DNA from: Bdellovibrionota bacterium
GTDB taxonomy: Bacteria; Bdellovibrionota; UBA1018; CAUJDS01
Direction: 5' to 3'
Assembly (NCBI GenBank): GCA_963169695.1
Contig: CAUJDS010000026.1
Coordinates: 2,168-66,167, forward strand
Length of the DNA: 64,000 nt
Positions within the stretch are counted from its first letter, which is position 1; each line of letters opens with the position of its first letter. The notes under the pieces were generated by a model. The model was given only the letters and a program-made list of their open reading frames with translations, ran no database searches and was not told where the DNA came from. Both the position numbers and the translations under genes were made by a program. Positions 30,828-40,574 of this stretch are shown here, piece by piece.

Positions 30828-31562
30828 TCAAAATCGCGAGTCAGAATCACTAACCATCAGCATGTCCTCCACAAATGCGCCGACTGGCAAGGTGGGGTGC
30901 TTGATGTGGATTTCAAAAACCCAAAGTTCAGCAGACGGAACCGAAGCAACGTTGCAGAGTCGCTCTTTGGAGTGCTTTTGATGTGGAAAATCACTTAAGC
31001 GATGGCCGTCTACATTCTCAGTGAGGAGATAGCCCCTCGCTTCCGCGAGGCTTAGGGCCCTTCGGTAGAGCTCTTGTCCCGATAGCCTCTCCTCTCGCCA
31101 CTGATTTTCGAGGGTATGAAAAATCTCTCGAGCTACATCCGCACAGGTCTGCGCATCTAGATTGGTACCTAAGTGGTAAGTATCTCCAACATCTCCTTCG
31201 TATTCTAATGAAGAGTCAGGATCTGGCCAAACTGGGCCTAGGTCCAAATAGACGGGGTCATTTTCTTGCAAGCGATAGTCCGTCTGCATCGGCTGATGAA
31301 ACGTCAAGGTGGTTCCAGGACCAAAGCGTACGTAAGGCCGATGCCAATGACGTTGCACCCCCCGCGCCCGAAAAATATCGAGCGAAAGCTTCCGTGCGTC
31401 CTCTTCCGTCATTCCGACTTTGAGAGCGGCTCGGATTTCATCGTAGACCTTCCAGGACTGGGTCCGTGCCCAAAGAAGTTTCTCTCGCACAAAGCTAGGA
31501 TCTACGCCCTCCAAAGCTCCAGGGCCTTGGGCGAGGGCATGAAGGTTGTGCAGATCGGACAT
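30828..31562 (-). CDS. M24 (creatinase/aminopeptidase fold) family protein
   Basis: Pita-bread-fold-like spacing of acidic/His residues (YLDLGP...EGDVGDT...DGHRLS...FEIH). Strong RBS AAGGGGAAG. The assignment is tentative. Confidence 0.5.
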   Translation of the reverse strand: MSDLHNLHALAQGPGALEGVDPSFVREKLLWARTQSWKVYDEIRAALKVGMTEEDARKLSLDIFRARGVQRHWHRPYVRFGPGTTLTFHQPMQTDYRLQENDPVYLDLGPVWPDPDSSLEYEGDVGDTYHLGTNLDAQTCADVAREIFHTLENQWREERLSGQELYRRALSLAEARGYLLTENVDGHRLSDFPHQKHSKERLCNVASVPSAELWVFEIHIKHPTLPVGAFVEDMLMVSDSDSRF

Positions 31563-31571
31563 TTCTTCCCC

Positions 31572-31982
31572 TTATGCTTGCTGACGCGAGAAGGCTTCTC
31601 CTAGGCTCTTGTGCTTGAGTCCGCTAGCAGTAAGGATTTCTCGCCGCTCTTCTTCTTCCTTACACGAAACGCAAAGAGTCGCCGTCGGTCGCGCTTCGAG
31701 TCTGCGCATCTCGATCGGCTCTTCGCAACATTCACAGAGACCAAAAATACCTTCTTCAATTCTTGCGAGGGCCTCGTCAATCTTCTTGAGATAAAGTCTC
31801 TCACGATTGCGTAGTCGCATTCGCATGGACTGTTCTGCATCAGATGTGGCTTGATCCACTTCATCATAGCGGTCGTCAGAATTGACATTGAAGTCATCCC
31901 TGATCACTCTGTCGTTATAGACATTCTTGTGCCTTTGATCTTCGAAGATCTTCTTGAACTTTTTTAACTGTGTCTTATTCAT
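31572..31982 (-). CDS. DksA/TraR family C4 zinc-finger protein (paralog 2)
   Basis: CECCEEPIEMRRLEARPTATLCVSC finger and an intact DksA tip motif DxxDxA (DEVDQA). ATGA overlap with the mglA stop. Confidence 0.8.
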   Translation of the reverse strand: MNKTQLKKFKKIFEDQRHKNVYNDRVIRDDFNVNSDDRYDEVDQATSDAEQSMRMRLRNRERLYLKKIDEALARIEEGIFGLCECCEEPIEMRRLEARPTATLCVSCKEEEERREILTASGLKHKSLGEAFSRQQA

Positions 31983-32572
31983 TCCCGCTTTTCCCCTCTT
32001 AACCCCTCTACGATCTGCTTACTCACCACTTGCAATGTCTCCATCACACCTTCGCCACGATTGGCGACAGCTTCCACAAACGGGCGCCCATCAGGATTGA
32101 AGGCTGCCTCCAATTCTGTGAGCGATATCGCATTTGCGATATCTCGCTTATTATACTGAAACACGATTGGCAACCGCGCTATGTCATATCCTTGGACTTC
32201 TAAATTCTTTTTAAACGATTCAAAACTTTCGAAATTGGATTCCATTCGCTCGGGAGCACTGTCGATGACGAAGACCACTCCATCGACACCCTTCAAAATA
32301 AATTGGCGTGAGATTTCGTAAAAGGTCTGACCCGGAACCGTGTAGATATGAAATCGCGTTTTGTATCCACTGACGGATCCAGCCGAAAGAGGAAGGAAGT
32401 CAAAAAACAAAGTGCGCTCGTTTTCGGTGCTGAGTGTGACGAGCTTTCCTCGGTCATTGGTTTGAGTGTTCTCGTAAATAAATTGTACGTTGGTGGTTTT
32501 GCCACTTAAGCCTGTACCGTAGTACACAATTTTGCAGATGAGATCTTTGGTGGCGTAATTAATGAAACTCAA
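31979..32572 (-). CDS. mglA: Ras-like polarity/motility GTPase MglA
   Basis: TTG start gives (M)SFINYATKDLICKIVYYGTGLSGKTTN...TVPGQ...YNKRD, near-colinear with Myxococcus MglA (MSFINY...KIVYYGPGLCGKTTN). Confidence 0.88.
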   Translation of the reverse strand: MSFINYATKDLICKIVYYGTGLSGKTTNVQFIYENTQTNDRGKLVTLSTENERTLFFDFLPLSAGSVSGYKTRFHIYTVPGQTFYEISRQFILKGVDGVVFVIDSAPERMESNFESFESFKKNLEVQGYDIARLPIVFQYNKRDIANAISLTELEAAFNPDGRPFVEAVANRGEGVMETLQVVSKQIVEGLRGEKRE

Positions 32573-33199
32573 CTAATGCATCTCCACGCGATTATCTAGA
32601 GCCACCGAGAGTGTTTGCTTATCACTGAATTCCAGTTGTCCCCCAATCGGAATACCATGCGCAAGCTTGCTCACCTTGATGCCCATGGGCCGAGTAAGCT
32701 TAGAAATATAAAGCGCCGTTGCGTCTCCTTCAATAGTTGGATTGAGCGCAAGTATGAATTCTCGAATAGCGGGAGTCGCTCGATTGAGGCGCTCAAGAAG
32801 TTCTGCAATGCGCAAATCCTGCGGACCTATGCCATCCAGAGGAGAGAGCGCGCCGTGTAAAACATGGAACACTCCTTTGAACCGAAGGGTGTTCTCAATG
32901 GGATAGATATCAGAAGGTTTTTCGACCACGCATACCAAAGAGTGATCACGGTCTGAGTTTTGGCAGATGCGACATACTTCACGATCGGTGAGTGTGAAGC
33001 ATTGATTGCAAAACCGAACCGTTGCTTGCGTTTGTTGCAAAGTCCTGACGAGTTGACCCGTGTAGTCTTTGCCACGTTTGACAATGGCGTAGGCAAGTCG
33101 CATCGCTGTTTTTTCTCCGATGCCTGGTAGCTTGGAGAGTTCAAAGGCGAGGCGAGACACGGGATCATCGGAGGGGTAGGGATTGGCCCAATCAGACAT
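32573..33199 (-). CDS. recR: Recombination protein RecR
   Basis: HhH (LPGIGEKTAMRLA), C4 finger CNQC...CRIC, Toprim domain. Confidence 0.93.
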   Translation of the reverse strand: MSDWANPYPSDDPVSRLAFELSKLPGIGEKTAMRLAYAIVKRGKDYTGQLVRTLQQTQATVRFCNQCFTLTDREVCRICQNSDRDHSLVCVVEKPSDIYPIENTLRFKGVFHVLHGALSPLDGIGPQDLRIAELLERLNRATPAIREFILALNPTIEGDATALYISKLTRPMGIKVSKLAHGIPIGGQLEFSDKQTLSVALDNRVEMH

Positions 33200-34856
33200 T
33201 CGCAGACTCCTGGTGAGAGCTTGAAGACCATTCTATGGGCCCGAGGTCTCCTCCGAAGAGGGACTGTGCTTCACGAATAATCGGATGGTTTTCTACTTCG
33301 GTCTGAGCCGCTCTTTGACGCGCTTCCTGAGCTTTAACCTTGCGCTCCGCCACGCTTACTTGATCGCTGTCTTTGACAACGAATTCAAGCCGACAAGTTT
33401 TCTCAAAAAAAGCATCCGCAAGCAACAGAACTTGCTGAAAATAGATTTTGGATTTGAGTTGATCCAGCTTGTACTGGTCTTGGGTCTTGAAGAAGATCCG
33501 AAGCTCCATCTGATGCAGAGGGAGTTCTTGTTCTACGGCATGTTCGAGAAGTGACGCAAGGAGTGGACGCTGCTTCTGCGTATAAGCAATAAATCCTTCC
33601 CATGTTTTTTCTCGTGGGATGTCCGCTTTGGGAGCTACCGCTGGAGGAGGTGGCGTTGCAGCTACCGCAACAACAGCGGGAGGATTGGGTCGTGTAGTTG
33701 GAAGAGGTTGAGGTGGCGCCGTTGCAGCAAGTGTTCCTACTTGAACAAAACCTTCAGCCATGGCGCACTTGATCGCCAGAATGTCCAAGGTGATCGAGGG
33801 TTGTGGAGAACGCGCAAGGTGTTCCATTCCATAGTGTAAGATCTGAAAAATCGTCTCGAGTTCTTCCAGTGGTCGTAAGGTAGCGCCGTTTTGAAGCACT
33901 TCTCGTTCGGAAGAAGAAAAATAGCTCTGTGCGGAACAGTGTCCCGTCGCTTTGTAGAGGATGACTTCATGAAGCGCTTCAATCAGTGAGCGAAGGAGAA
34001 GCTTGAGGTCATGTCCGGCTTCGAAGGCGGCCTGAATTCCTTGTGTCGCAGCGTGTGGCTGTCGAGACAAAATTCCGTTCAGAATTTGAAAAACCGTATC
34101 CGTACGTATCAATCCAACACCATCAATAACGGACTCTACGGTGAGCTGATCACCCGAATAGGCAATCACTTGATCGAGGAGAGAGAGGGCATCCCGCATG
34201 CTGCCTTCGGACGCACGTGCAATAAGATTGAGCGCCGCAGGATCTGCCTGAATGGATTCTGCTTCCGCAACTCGTGTAAGCCGCGAATGAATCTGCTTAT
34301 CCGAAACACGCCGGAAATCAAATCGCTGACACCGCGAAAGAATCGTAGCTGGGATTTTGTGGGACTCAGTCGTCGCAAAAATAAAAAGAACGTGTTCCGG
34401 GGGTTCTTCAAGTGTCTTTAGCAACGCATTGAAGGCCGCAGTCGTCAGCATGTGGACTTCATCGATAATATAAATTTTGCGTGTACCAGAGGAGGGTAGG
34501 AATTTTACGTTCTCTCGGATCTCACGAACAGCCTCGACACCATTGTTAGAAGCTCCATCAATTTCGATCACGTCGAAGCTCGTGCTGGTCCCAATCTCTT
34601 TGCAAGAGGAACAATCGTCACACGAGACCAATCCTTGTTCGGGGAGATCAAGGAGGTGTGGACACCGAATCGCCTTAGAAAAGATCCGTGCAATGGAGGT
34701 CTTGCCAATGCCTCGCGAACCCGCAAAGAGGTAAGCCTGATGAAGCCGCTGAAGCCGGATGGCGTTCATCAGCGTTCTCACGATAGGGTCCTGTCCCACG
34801 ATGTCGTGAAATTGCGCTGGGCGCCATTTTCTTGCAAGTGCCATGTAAGAAGCCAT
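33192..34856 (-). CDS. dnaX: DNA polymerase III subunit gamma/tau
   Basis: AAA+ clamp-loader motifs GSRGIGKTS, IIDEVHML and the zinc module CDDCSSC. Confidence 0.9.
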   Translation of the reverse strand: MASYMALARKWRPAQFHDIVGQDPIVRTLMNAIRLQRLHQAYLFAGSRGIGKTSIARIFSKAIRCPHLLDLPEQGLVSCDDCSSCKEIGTSTSFDVIEIDGASNNGVEAVREIRENVKFLPSSGTRKIYIIDEVHMLTTAAFNALLKTLEEPPEHVLFIFATTESHKIPATILSRCQRFDFRRVSDKQIHSRLTRVAEAESIQADPAALNLIARASEGSMRDALSLLDQVIAYSGDQLTVESVIDGVGLIRTDTVFQILNGILSRQPHAATQGIQAAFEAGHDLKLLLRSLIEALHEVILYKATGHCSAQSYFSSSEREVLQNGATLRPLEELETIFQILHYGMEHLARSPQPSITLDILAIKCAMAEGFVQVGTLAATAPPQPLPTTRPNPPAVVAVAATPPPPAVAPKADIPREKTWEGFIAYTQKQRPLLASLLEHAVEQELPLHQMELRIFFKTQDQYKLDQLKSKIYFQQVLLLADAFFEKTCRLEFVVKDSDQVSVAERKVKAQEARQRAAQTEVENHPIIREAQSLFGGDLGPIEWSSSSHQESANV

Positions 34857-34932
34857 GTCGGAACCGACTCTACCAGAGGTTCTTCAACTTGAGCTTGAAA
34901 ACGCACTTCAGCGGTGCAAGATTAAGTGAAGC

Positions 34933-35529
34933 GTGGGAAAAGCAGTCAACCAAATCGCATTGGATACGCGTCTTGGAAAAGTCTTCCTTCGGTGGACGGG
35001 GAAGGGTCTTATCACGCGTGTTCGTCTTGTTCCGGGAGACTTTTCTCCCAAGCGAACCAAAAAAAGAAAACACAAAGATGTGAGTTTTCCAATTGGGTTG
35101 GAGCCCTGGATGTTGGCTATACGGGCTTATTTTGACGCGGGTACGCCGCTCCCAACTCTTAACTGGAAGATCTTAGATACCAGCGGCTGGACTGTTTTTC
35201 AGAAAGAAGTCTACGAAGTGGCCAATCAGATTCCCCACGGGGAGACGCGGAGCTATGCCTGGATTGCCAAGAAAATGGGGAAACCTCAAGCTTCGCGTGC
35301 AGTAGGCCAGGCCCTTCGAAAAAATCCTATACCGATCCTCATTCCTTGCCATCGCGTGGTTTCGTCTCACGGTGGTCTAGGTGGTTTTATGGGACAACGT
35401 GATCCCTCTGACCCCAAGCTTGTGATGAAGCAAGCTTTGATCAAATTGGAGGAGCAGTATTTGAGTCCTCTCTTTCCCTTTTTGAATGCTCCCACTTTTC
35501 ATGATCACTCTCAGTTTGTTTTCGTGTAA
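34933..35529 (+). CDS. ogt: Methylated-DNA-protein-cysteine methyltransferase
   Basis: Active-site IPCHRVV plus a GETRSYAWIAKKMG helix-turn-helix segment. GTG start. Confidence 0.8.
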   Translation: MGKAVNQIALDTRLGKVFLRWTGKGLITRVRLVPGDFSPKRTKKRKHKDVSFPIGLEPWMLAIRAYFDAGTPLPTLNWKILDTSGWTVFQKEVYEVANQIPHGETRSYAWIAKKMGKPQASRAVGQALRKNPIPILIPCHRVVSSHGGLGGFMGQRDPSDPKLVMKQALIKLEEQYLSPLFPFLNAPTFHDHSQFVFV

Positions 35530-35540
35530 CTAAGCCACTC

Positions 35541-36941
35541 ATGAAAATTTGGAATTCTTACTCGCGCATTGCTCATTTCCACACGGGTGGAACCATCAGC
35601 ATGACTCCCTCCGACCAAGGCACTGGGCAACCTTCCGAGGAGATTCTTGAATCCTACTACCGGGGTCGCGTTCATCATCGCGTCTCACCCTTTGGGAAAG
35701 GCATCGATTCGTCTCAAATGCAGTTTGAGGATTTGGAGAAGTTGGCGCACGACTTGGCCAAAGAAATCGATGCTGGGTACTTTCCTGTTCTGACCCACGG
35801 AACCGATACCATAGGAACGACTGGTGTGATGCTGAGCCTTTTTTTTCCACAAGTGGCGATGGTACTCACTGGTGCCTTTCATCCGCCTGATGCTCCAGAG
35901 AGTGATGCTTCAAACTTTTCAGATTCGCTTCAGCTTGCGGAGATTCTTTTGAAGGACGTTAGCTTGCCGCGAGTTCCTTATGTCATGATGAACGGAAATA
36001 TTTACACCGGATCATCCCTCGTCAAATTAGACATCGACTTTAAGTTGGGTCGTTTGGGATTTAAGAGTCATGCAGGTAGGGTAGGAGAAATGGTCGATGG
36101 ACGAATCATCTGGAATCCAGATTTCATCGCGGATTTTGAAAACGAACGCAAAAATAATCTAAAGGAATGGGATTCGATTCTGCAGCAGGTTTCGCGAGAC
36201 CTCCGAACTCGGCAACACCGATTGGGGAAGGTCGAGCTTGCCTTTGTTAATTCATTTACGCCGGAGTCTTATCTCCAGTCCGTATTAGATAGACTGGAGG
36301 GAGGAGCAACCGATGCCGTGGTTTTTCATGGAAGGATAGCAAGCCACGCCCCCATTGTTTCACGAATGCAGGGTTACCAACAAAAACACCCCGTCTTTGC
36401 ACAGGATCTCCACTTTCCAAAGGGAGTAGGGGTTTATCGCTTAGTATGTAAGATCATGACTTTCTTGCACTATGTGCCTGTGCATCGCTTAGAAAACCTA
36501 ATTCATGCCAATTTAGCGGGAGAAATCGTTCTTCATCAGGAGGATGATCGGTACTTGGCACCTTTGGTTTCTGGCGATTTTTATTCTGACTCCGGAGTGC
36601 GGCGCAGCTTCTTAATGTATTATCAGAATCCCGAAGTATTCTTGCGTTCTCTCGACTCCGAGATTAGACGATTGGAGCAAGCTGTTCAGGAAGGGCATCG
36701 CGCGGAGTTAATTTTAGAAGGTTCTGGCAATGGTCACCTCTATGTTGGCAGTCACCCTCCGGTCTTGAATCACCTCCAACTTGCGCAAAAATTGGGTATC
36801 AAGATCTTGCTTACGACGCGTGTGAGAGATGCAATTCCCAACGAGAACTACGAAGTGGGCAGGATTTTGAGTCAGAGCCTACCAGGGTTGCGCCGCTCGG
36901 AGTTGCCTGGGCGCGAACTCCTTGAGTCGCTCTCACTTTGA
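35541..36941 (+). CDS. L-asparaginase/GatD family protein (atypically long, 466 aa)
   Basis: N-terminal catalytic motifs HTGGTISM and LTHGTDTIGTTG. Confidence 0.6.
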   Translation: MKIWNSYSRIAHFHTGGTISMTPSDQGTGQPSEEILESYYRGRVHHRVSPFGKGIDSSQMQFEDLEKLAHDLAKEIDAGYFPVLTHGTDTIGTTGVMLSLFFPQVAMVLTGAFHPPDAPESDASNFSDSLQLAEILLKDVSLPRVPYVMMNGNIYTGSSLVKLDIDFKLGRLGFKSHAGRVGEMVDGRIIWNPDFIADFENERKNNLKEWDSILQQVSRDLRTRQHRLGKVELAFVNSFTPESYLQSVLDRLEGGATDAVVFHGRIASHAPIVSRMQGYQQKHPVFAQDLHFPKGVGVYRLVCKIMTFLHYVPVHRLENLIHANLAGEIVLHQEDDRYLAPLVSGDFYSDSGVRRSFLMYYQNPEVFLRSLDSEIRRLEQAVQEGHRAELILEGSGNGHLYVGSHPPVLNHLQLAQKLGIKILLTTRVRDAIPNENYEVGRILSQSLPGLRRSELPGRELLESLSL

Positions 36942-38042
36942 GTTTGAACTTGTTGAACGCTTGAGTTGATCTCGCCAGCTCTTTCCTTCGCGTGCTTTGG
37001 AATTGAGCTGAAAGTTGCGAACAGCCTCGAGGTGTTCCTTATAAGTGGCTGTGAATCGATGAGTCCCGTTGTTTCGAGAGACAAAATAGAGGTAGTCACT
37101 TTTAGCAGGGTAGAGTGCAGCATCAATTGCTTGGATGCCTGGACTTGCAATGGGGCCGACGGGAAGTCCTTTTAGTGTATAGGTATTGTAGGGACTTGGT
37201 TGTCGAAGGTGAGCACGTGTCAGGTTGCCGTTGTAGTGCTCCCATATTCCATAGATCGTGGTGGGGTCACTTTCAAGGCGCTGGTGCTTTCGTAGGCGAT
37301 TATGAAAGACAGAACTGATCATGGCTCGCTCTTCCGGTGCGCCGGTTTCTTTTTCTACCATGGAAGCGAGGGTGAGCACTTGATGTCGCGTGAGTTGAAA
37401 CTGGCTGGCACGTTCAGCGCGATCGGGCGTCCACTGTGCCTGCATTCGCTTAAAGAGGGCTTGAGCGATTTCTTTAACCGGCGTCTTGCGAGTGAATTGG
37501 TAGGTGTCCGGAAAATAATAACCTTCAAGGCTTGGGGGGTAGGGCGCGTGCAGTCCGAGCGATTTCATAAAGGTGAGATCTTTGGAGAGGCGAAGGAATT
37601 CTTTTCCATAGCCGTCCTTTCTTGCCTCCATCTTCTTGGCAATCTGATAGAGGTTATCGCCTTCCACTACTTTCAATGGAATTCCAACACTGATGCCGGA
37701 TGAAAGTATTGAGAAAATTTCTACCGGAGTTTGATTTGCCGCTATTCGATATTCTCCGGCTTTGATTTTATTCCACCAACCAGTGAGGCGACCGAGCTTA
37801 AGGAAGTGGCTGCCGTCGAAGAGGACCCCTTCTCTTACCAACTCGGAAGTAATAGTCTTTGCCACGGCGCCCTTAGGCACCTCGATAATAATGGACTTAT
37901 TAGATCCGGAATCCATGGGCCGAAAGGCAAACCAAGCCAGTTCTCCGCCTTTGATGCAAACAAAGGAAAGGGCAACCACCAAGGAAAGCGCCAAATAGCG
38001 TCGAAATCTCTTCGGTGATGAACGCATGGGTGGTCCCTTCAT
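36933..38042 (-). CDS. mltG: Endolytic murein transglycosylase MltG (YceG family)
   Basis: N-terminal TM, YceG signature (LASMVEKETG, YNTYTLKGLPVGPIASPG). Confidence 0.85.
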   Translation of the reverse strand: MKGPPMRSSPKRFRRYLALSLVVALSFVCIKGGELAWFAFRPMDSGSNKSIIIEVPKGAVAKTITSELVREGVLFDGSHFLKLGRLTGWWNKIKAGEYRIAANQTPVEIFSILSSGISVGIPLKVVEGDNLYQIAKKMEARKDGYGKEFLRLSKDLTFMKSLGLHAPYPPSLEGYYFPDTYQFTRKTPVKEIAQALFKRMQAQWTPDRAERASQFQLTRHQVLTLASMVEKETGAPEERAMISSVFHNRLRKHQRLESDPTTIYGIWEHYNGNLTRAHLRQPSPYNTYTLKGLPVGPIASPGIQAIDAALYPAKSDYLYFVSRNNGTHRFTATYKEHLEAVRNFQLNSKAREGKSWRDQLKRSTSSNSK

Positions 38043-38252
38043 CTCCTATAATAGAGGCTTTGCTTTCTTCCAGCCAAGCTTGAATTAGAGATCGGCAAAA
38101 AATGCTTTCCCATGCCGCAGTGTAATGATACGACCTCCCGAGTCGGGGGAAAACCGACACAATCTAATCAGACAATGACTCTACCCAGAATACTATTGGA
38201 CCTTCGTTGGAAGCCCTGTGCTCGATAGCTATTCAAAACCTAAGGAAACACC

Positions 38253-39500
38253 ATGCATTTAAAAGAACTGAAACTGAAGAAGATCGCAGAACTCGTGGAT
38301 CTCGCTTCTACCCTGGGCATTGAAAATGCCGGAAACCTTCGCAAGCAAGATCTCATCTTCTCTGTTTTGCAAAAGAAAGCAGAAATCGACGAGCATATTT
38401 ATGCCGACGGAGTTTTAGAATGCTTGCCGGACGGTTTTGGATTTTTAAGAGCACCTGATTATAATTATTTGCCAGGCCCCGATGATGTCTATGTTTCTCC
38501 TTCTCAAATTCGAAGATTTGGTTTGAGAACGGGAGATACGGTGAGTGGCTCGGTACGTGCACCAAAAGAAGGTGAGCGTTACTTTGCATTGCTCAAAGTG
38601 AATGAAGTTAATTTTCAATCTCCTGAACTCAATGCGGAGAAAGTTCTTTTCGACAACCTCACTCCGCTCTACCCCAATGAGCGAATTGTATTGGAACATG
38701 AGCCAACCAATTTCAGCACACGAATTGTAGACTTGCTTGTTCCATTGGGTAAGGGCCAACGCTGTTTGATCGTTGCGCCTCCTCGTGCGGGTAAGACGGT
38801 CTTCTTGCAAGATGTCGCTAACGCAATTACTGCCAATAACCCTGATATCAAGTTGATCGTGCTTTTGATTGACGAACGACCAGAGGAAGTCACGGACATG
38901 CAACGTTCCGTCAAGGGTGAAGTGGTTAGTTCAACTTTTGACGAACAAGCATCTCGACACGTTCAAGTAGCAGAAATGGTAATTGAAAAAGCCAAGCGCC
39001 TTGTCGAGAATAAGTACGATGTCGTCATTCTGTTAGATTCTATTACGCGTTTGGCCCGAGCATATAATGCTGTGGTTCCTCCATCAGGAAAAATTTTATC
39101 TGGTGGTGTGGATTCCAATGCCCTTCACAAGCCGAAACGTTTCTTTGGAGCTGCTAGAAATGTCGAAGAAGGCGGTTCTCTTACTATCATCGCTACGGCG
39201 CTGATTGATACGGGATCCCGAATGGATGAAGTGATTTTTGAAGAATTCAAGGGAACGGGTAATTCTGAAATTCATCTCGATCGAAAATTAATGGAGAAAA
39301 GAATTTTTCCATGTTTGGACATCAATAAATCTGCAACACGAAAAGAAGAACTTCTCCTTCCAAAGGATGTCATCAATCGAATTTGGCTGCTTCGAAAGGT
39401 GCTGCATCCCATGAATACTGTGGATGCCATGGAGTTCCTCTTGGACAAAATCAAAGACACCAAGACCAACGCCAACTTCATTGAGAAAATGAGTGGCTAA
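38253..39500 (+). CDS. rho: Transcription termination factor Rho
   Basis: N-terminal insertion/CSD region, Walker A PPRAGKT, Q- and R-loops; 415 aa. Confidence 0.96.
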   Translation: MHLKELKLKKIAELVDLASTLGIENAGNLRKQDLIFSVLQKKAEIDEHIYADGVLECLPDGFGFLRAPDYNYLPGPDDVYVSPSQIRRFGLRTGDTVSGSVRAPKEGERYFALLKVNEVNFQSPELNAEKVLFDNLTPLYPNERIVLEHEPTNFSTRIVDLLVPLGKGQRCLIVAPPRAGKTVFLQDVANAITANNPDIKLIVLLIDERPEEVTDMQRSVKGEVVSSTFDEQASRHVQVAEMVIEKAKRLVENKYDVVILLDSITRLARAYNAVVPPSGKILSGGVDSNALHKPKRFFGAARNVEEGGSLTIIATALIDTGSRMDEVIFEEFKGTGNSEIHLDRKLMEKRIFPCLDINKSATRKEELLLPKDVINRIWLLRKVLHPMNTVDAMEFLLDKIKDTKTNANFIEKMSG

Positions 39501-39503
39501 CGC

Positions 39504-40574
39504 TTGTTTGATAAACTCGAAGACGTTGAAAGACGATTTGTCGAAATAGAGACTCGGCTATCGGATCCAGGTTTGGGAGGGCGCTCGGACGAATTCAAGC
39601 GGCTTTCCCAAGAGCATGCGGAATTGATCGAGGTCATTCGGGAGTTTCGTCGTTACAAAGTTCTTCAGAACGATTTTCTCTCGAACAAGCAACTTCTCAA
39701 AGAGTCTGATGCCGAAATTGCAGAAATGGCTCAAGAAGAGTTGAAGGTGCTTGGGCCAGACTTGGAGGCATCGCAAAAGCGATTGCAACTGCTCCTTTTG
39801 CCGCGTGATCCGCGGGACGCAAAGAATATCCTTATGGAAATAAGGGCCGGAGCAGGTGGCGATGAGGCAGCACTTTTTGCTGGCGAGCTCTTTCGACTCT
39901 ATCAAAAGTATTCCGAGAAACGTGGTTGGAAGGTAGAGCTTCTTTCTACGAGCCCAACGGGTATTGGTGGGTACAAGGAAGTCATCGGTATGGTGACGGG
40001 AGATCGCGTTTTTAGCCAGCTCAAATGGGAAAGCGGCGTGCATCGCGTTCAGCGAGTACCGAAGACGGAAGCCCAAGGACGTATTCACACGTCGACTGTC
40101 ACTGTTGCCATTCTCCCAGAAGCCGAAGAAGTGGACATCGTAATCAATCCTGTTGATGTTCGGATTGATGTGTATCGGTCGGGTGGCCATGGCGGTCAAA
40201 GTGTCAACACAACAGATTCTGCAGTACGTCTCACGCACAAGCCATCGGGGATCGTTGTGGTATGTCAGGACGAACGCTCACAACTTAAGAATAAAGACAA
40301 AGCCTTCAAAATCTTGCGCTCTAGGCTTTATGAAGCGGAGAGTGAGCGTATCGCAAAAGAACATTCTGATGCACGAAAAGGCATGGTCGGTACTGGAGAT
40401 CGTAGTGAACGCATTCGAACCTACAATTTTCCGCAAGGCAGACTTACCGATCATCGTATCAACTATACCCTGTACCAGCTTCCCGACATTATGGAGGGTA
40501 AGATTGACGAATTGATTGATCGCCTCCAGGCCCACTATCAAATGGAAGCACTCAAAGAGCAGGGGATTCAGTGA
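39504..40574 (+). CDS. prfA: Peptide chain release factor 1
   Basis: GGQ motif (SGGHGGQSVN) and a PxT-type tripeptide (VPKTE). TTG start. Confidence 0.95.
   Translation: MFDKLEDVERRFVEIETRLSDPGLGGRSDEFKRLSQEHAELIEVIREFRRYKVLQNDFLSNKQLLKESDAEIAEMAQEELKVLGPDLEASQKRLQLLLLPRDPRDAKNILMEIRAGAGGDEAALFAGELFRLYQKYSEKRGWKVELLSTSPTGIGGYKEVIGMVTGDRVFSQLKWESGVHRVQRVPKTEAQGRIHTSTVTVAILPEAEEVDIVINPVDVRIDVYRSGGHGGQSVNTTDSAVRLTHKPSGIVVVCQDERSQLKNKDKAFKILRSRLYEAESERIAKEHSDARKGMVGTGDRSERIRTYNFPQGRLTDHRINYTLYQLPDIMEGKIDELIDRLQAHYQMEALKEQGIQ

Noticed and set aside
39558-40238. 226-aa minus-strand ORF, the longest antisense ORF in the window
   Set aside because: It lies fully inside prfA (GGQ and PxT motifs on the plus strand), and the translated product has no recognisable domain.
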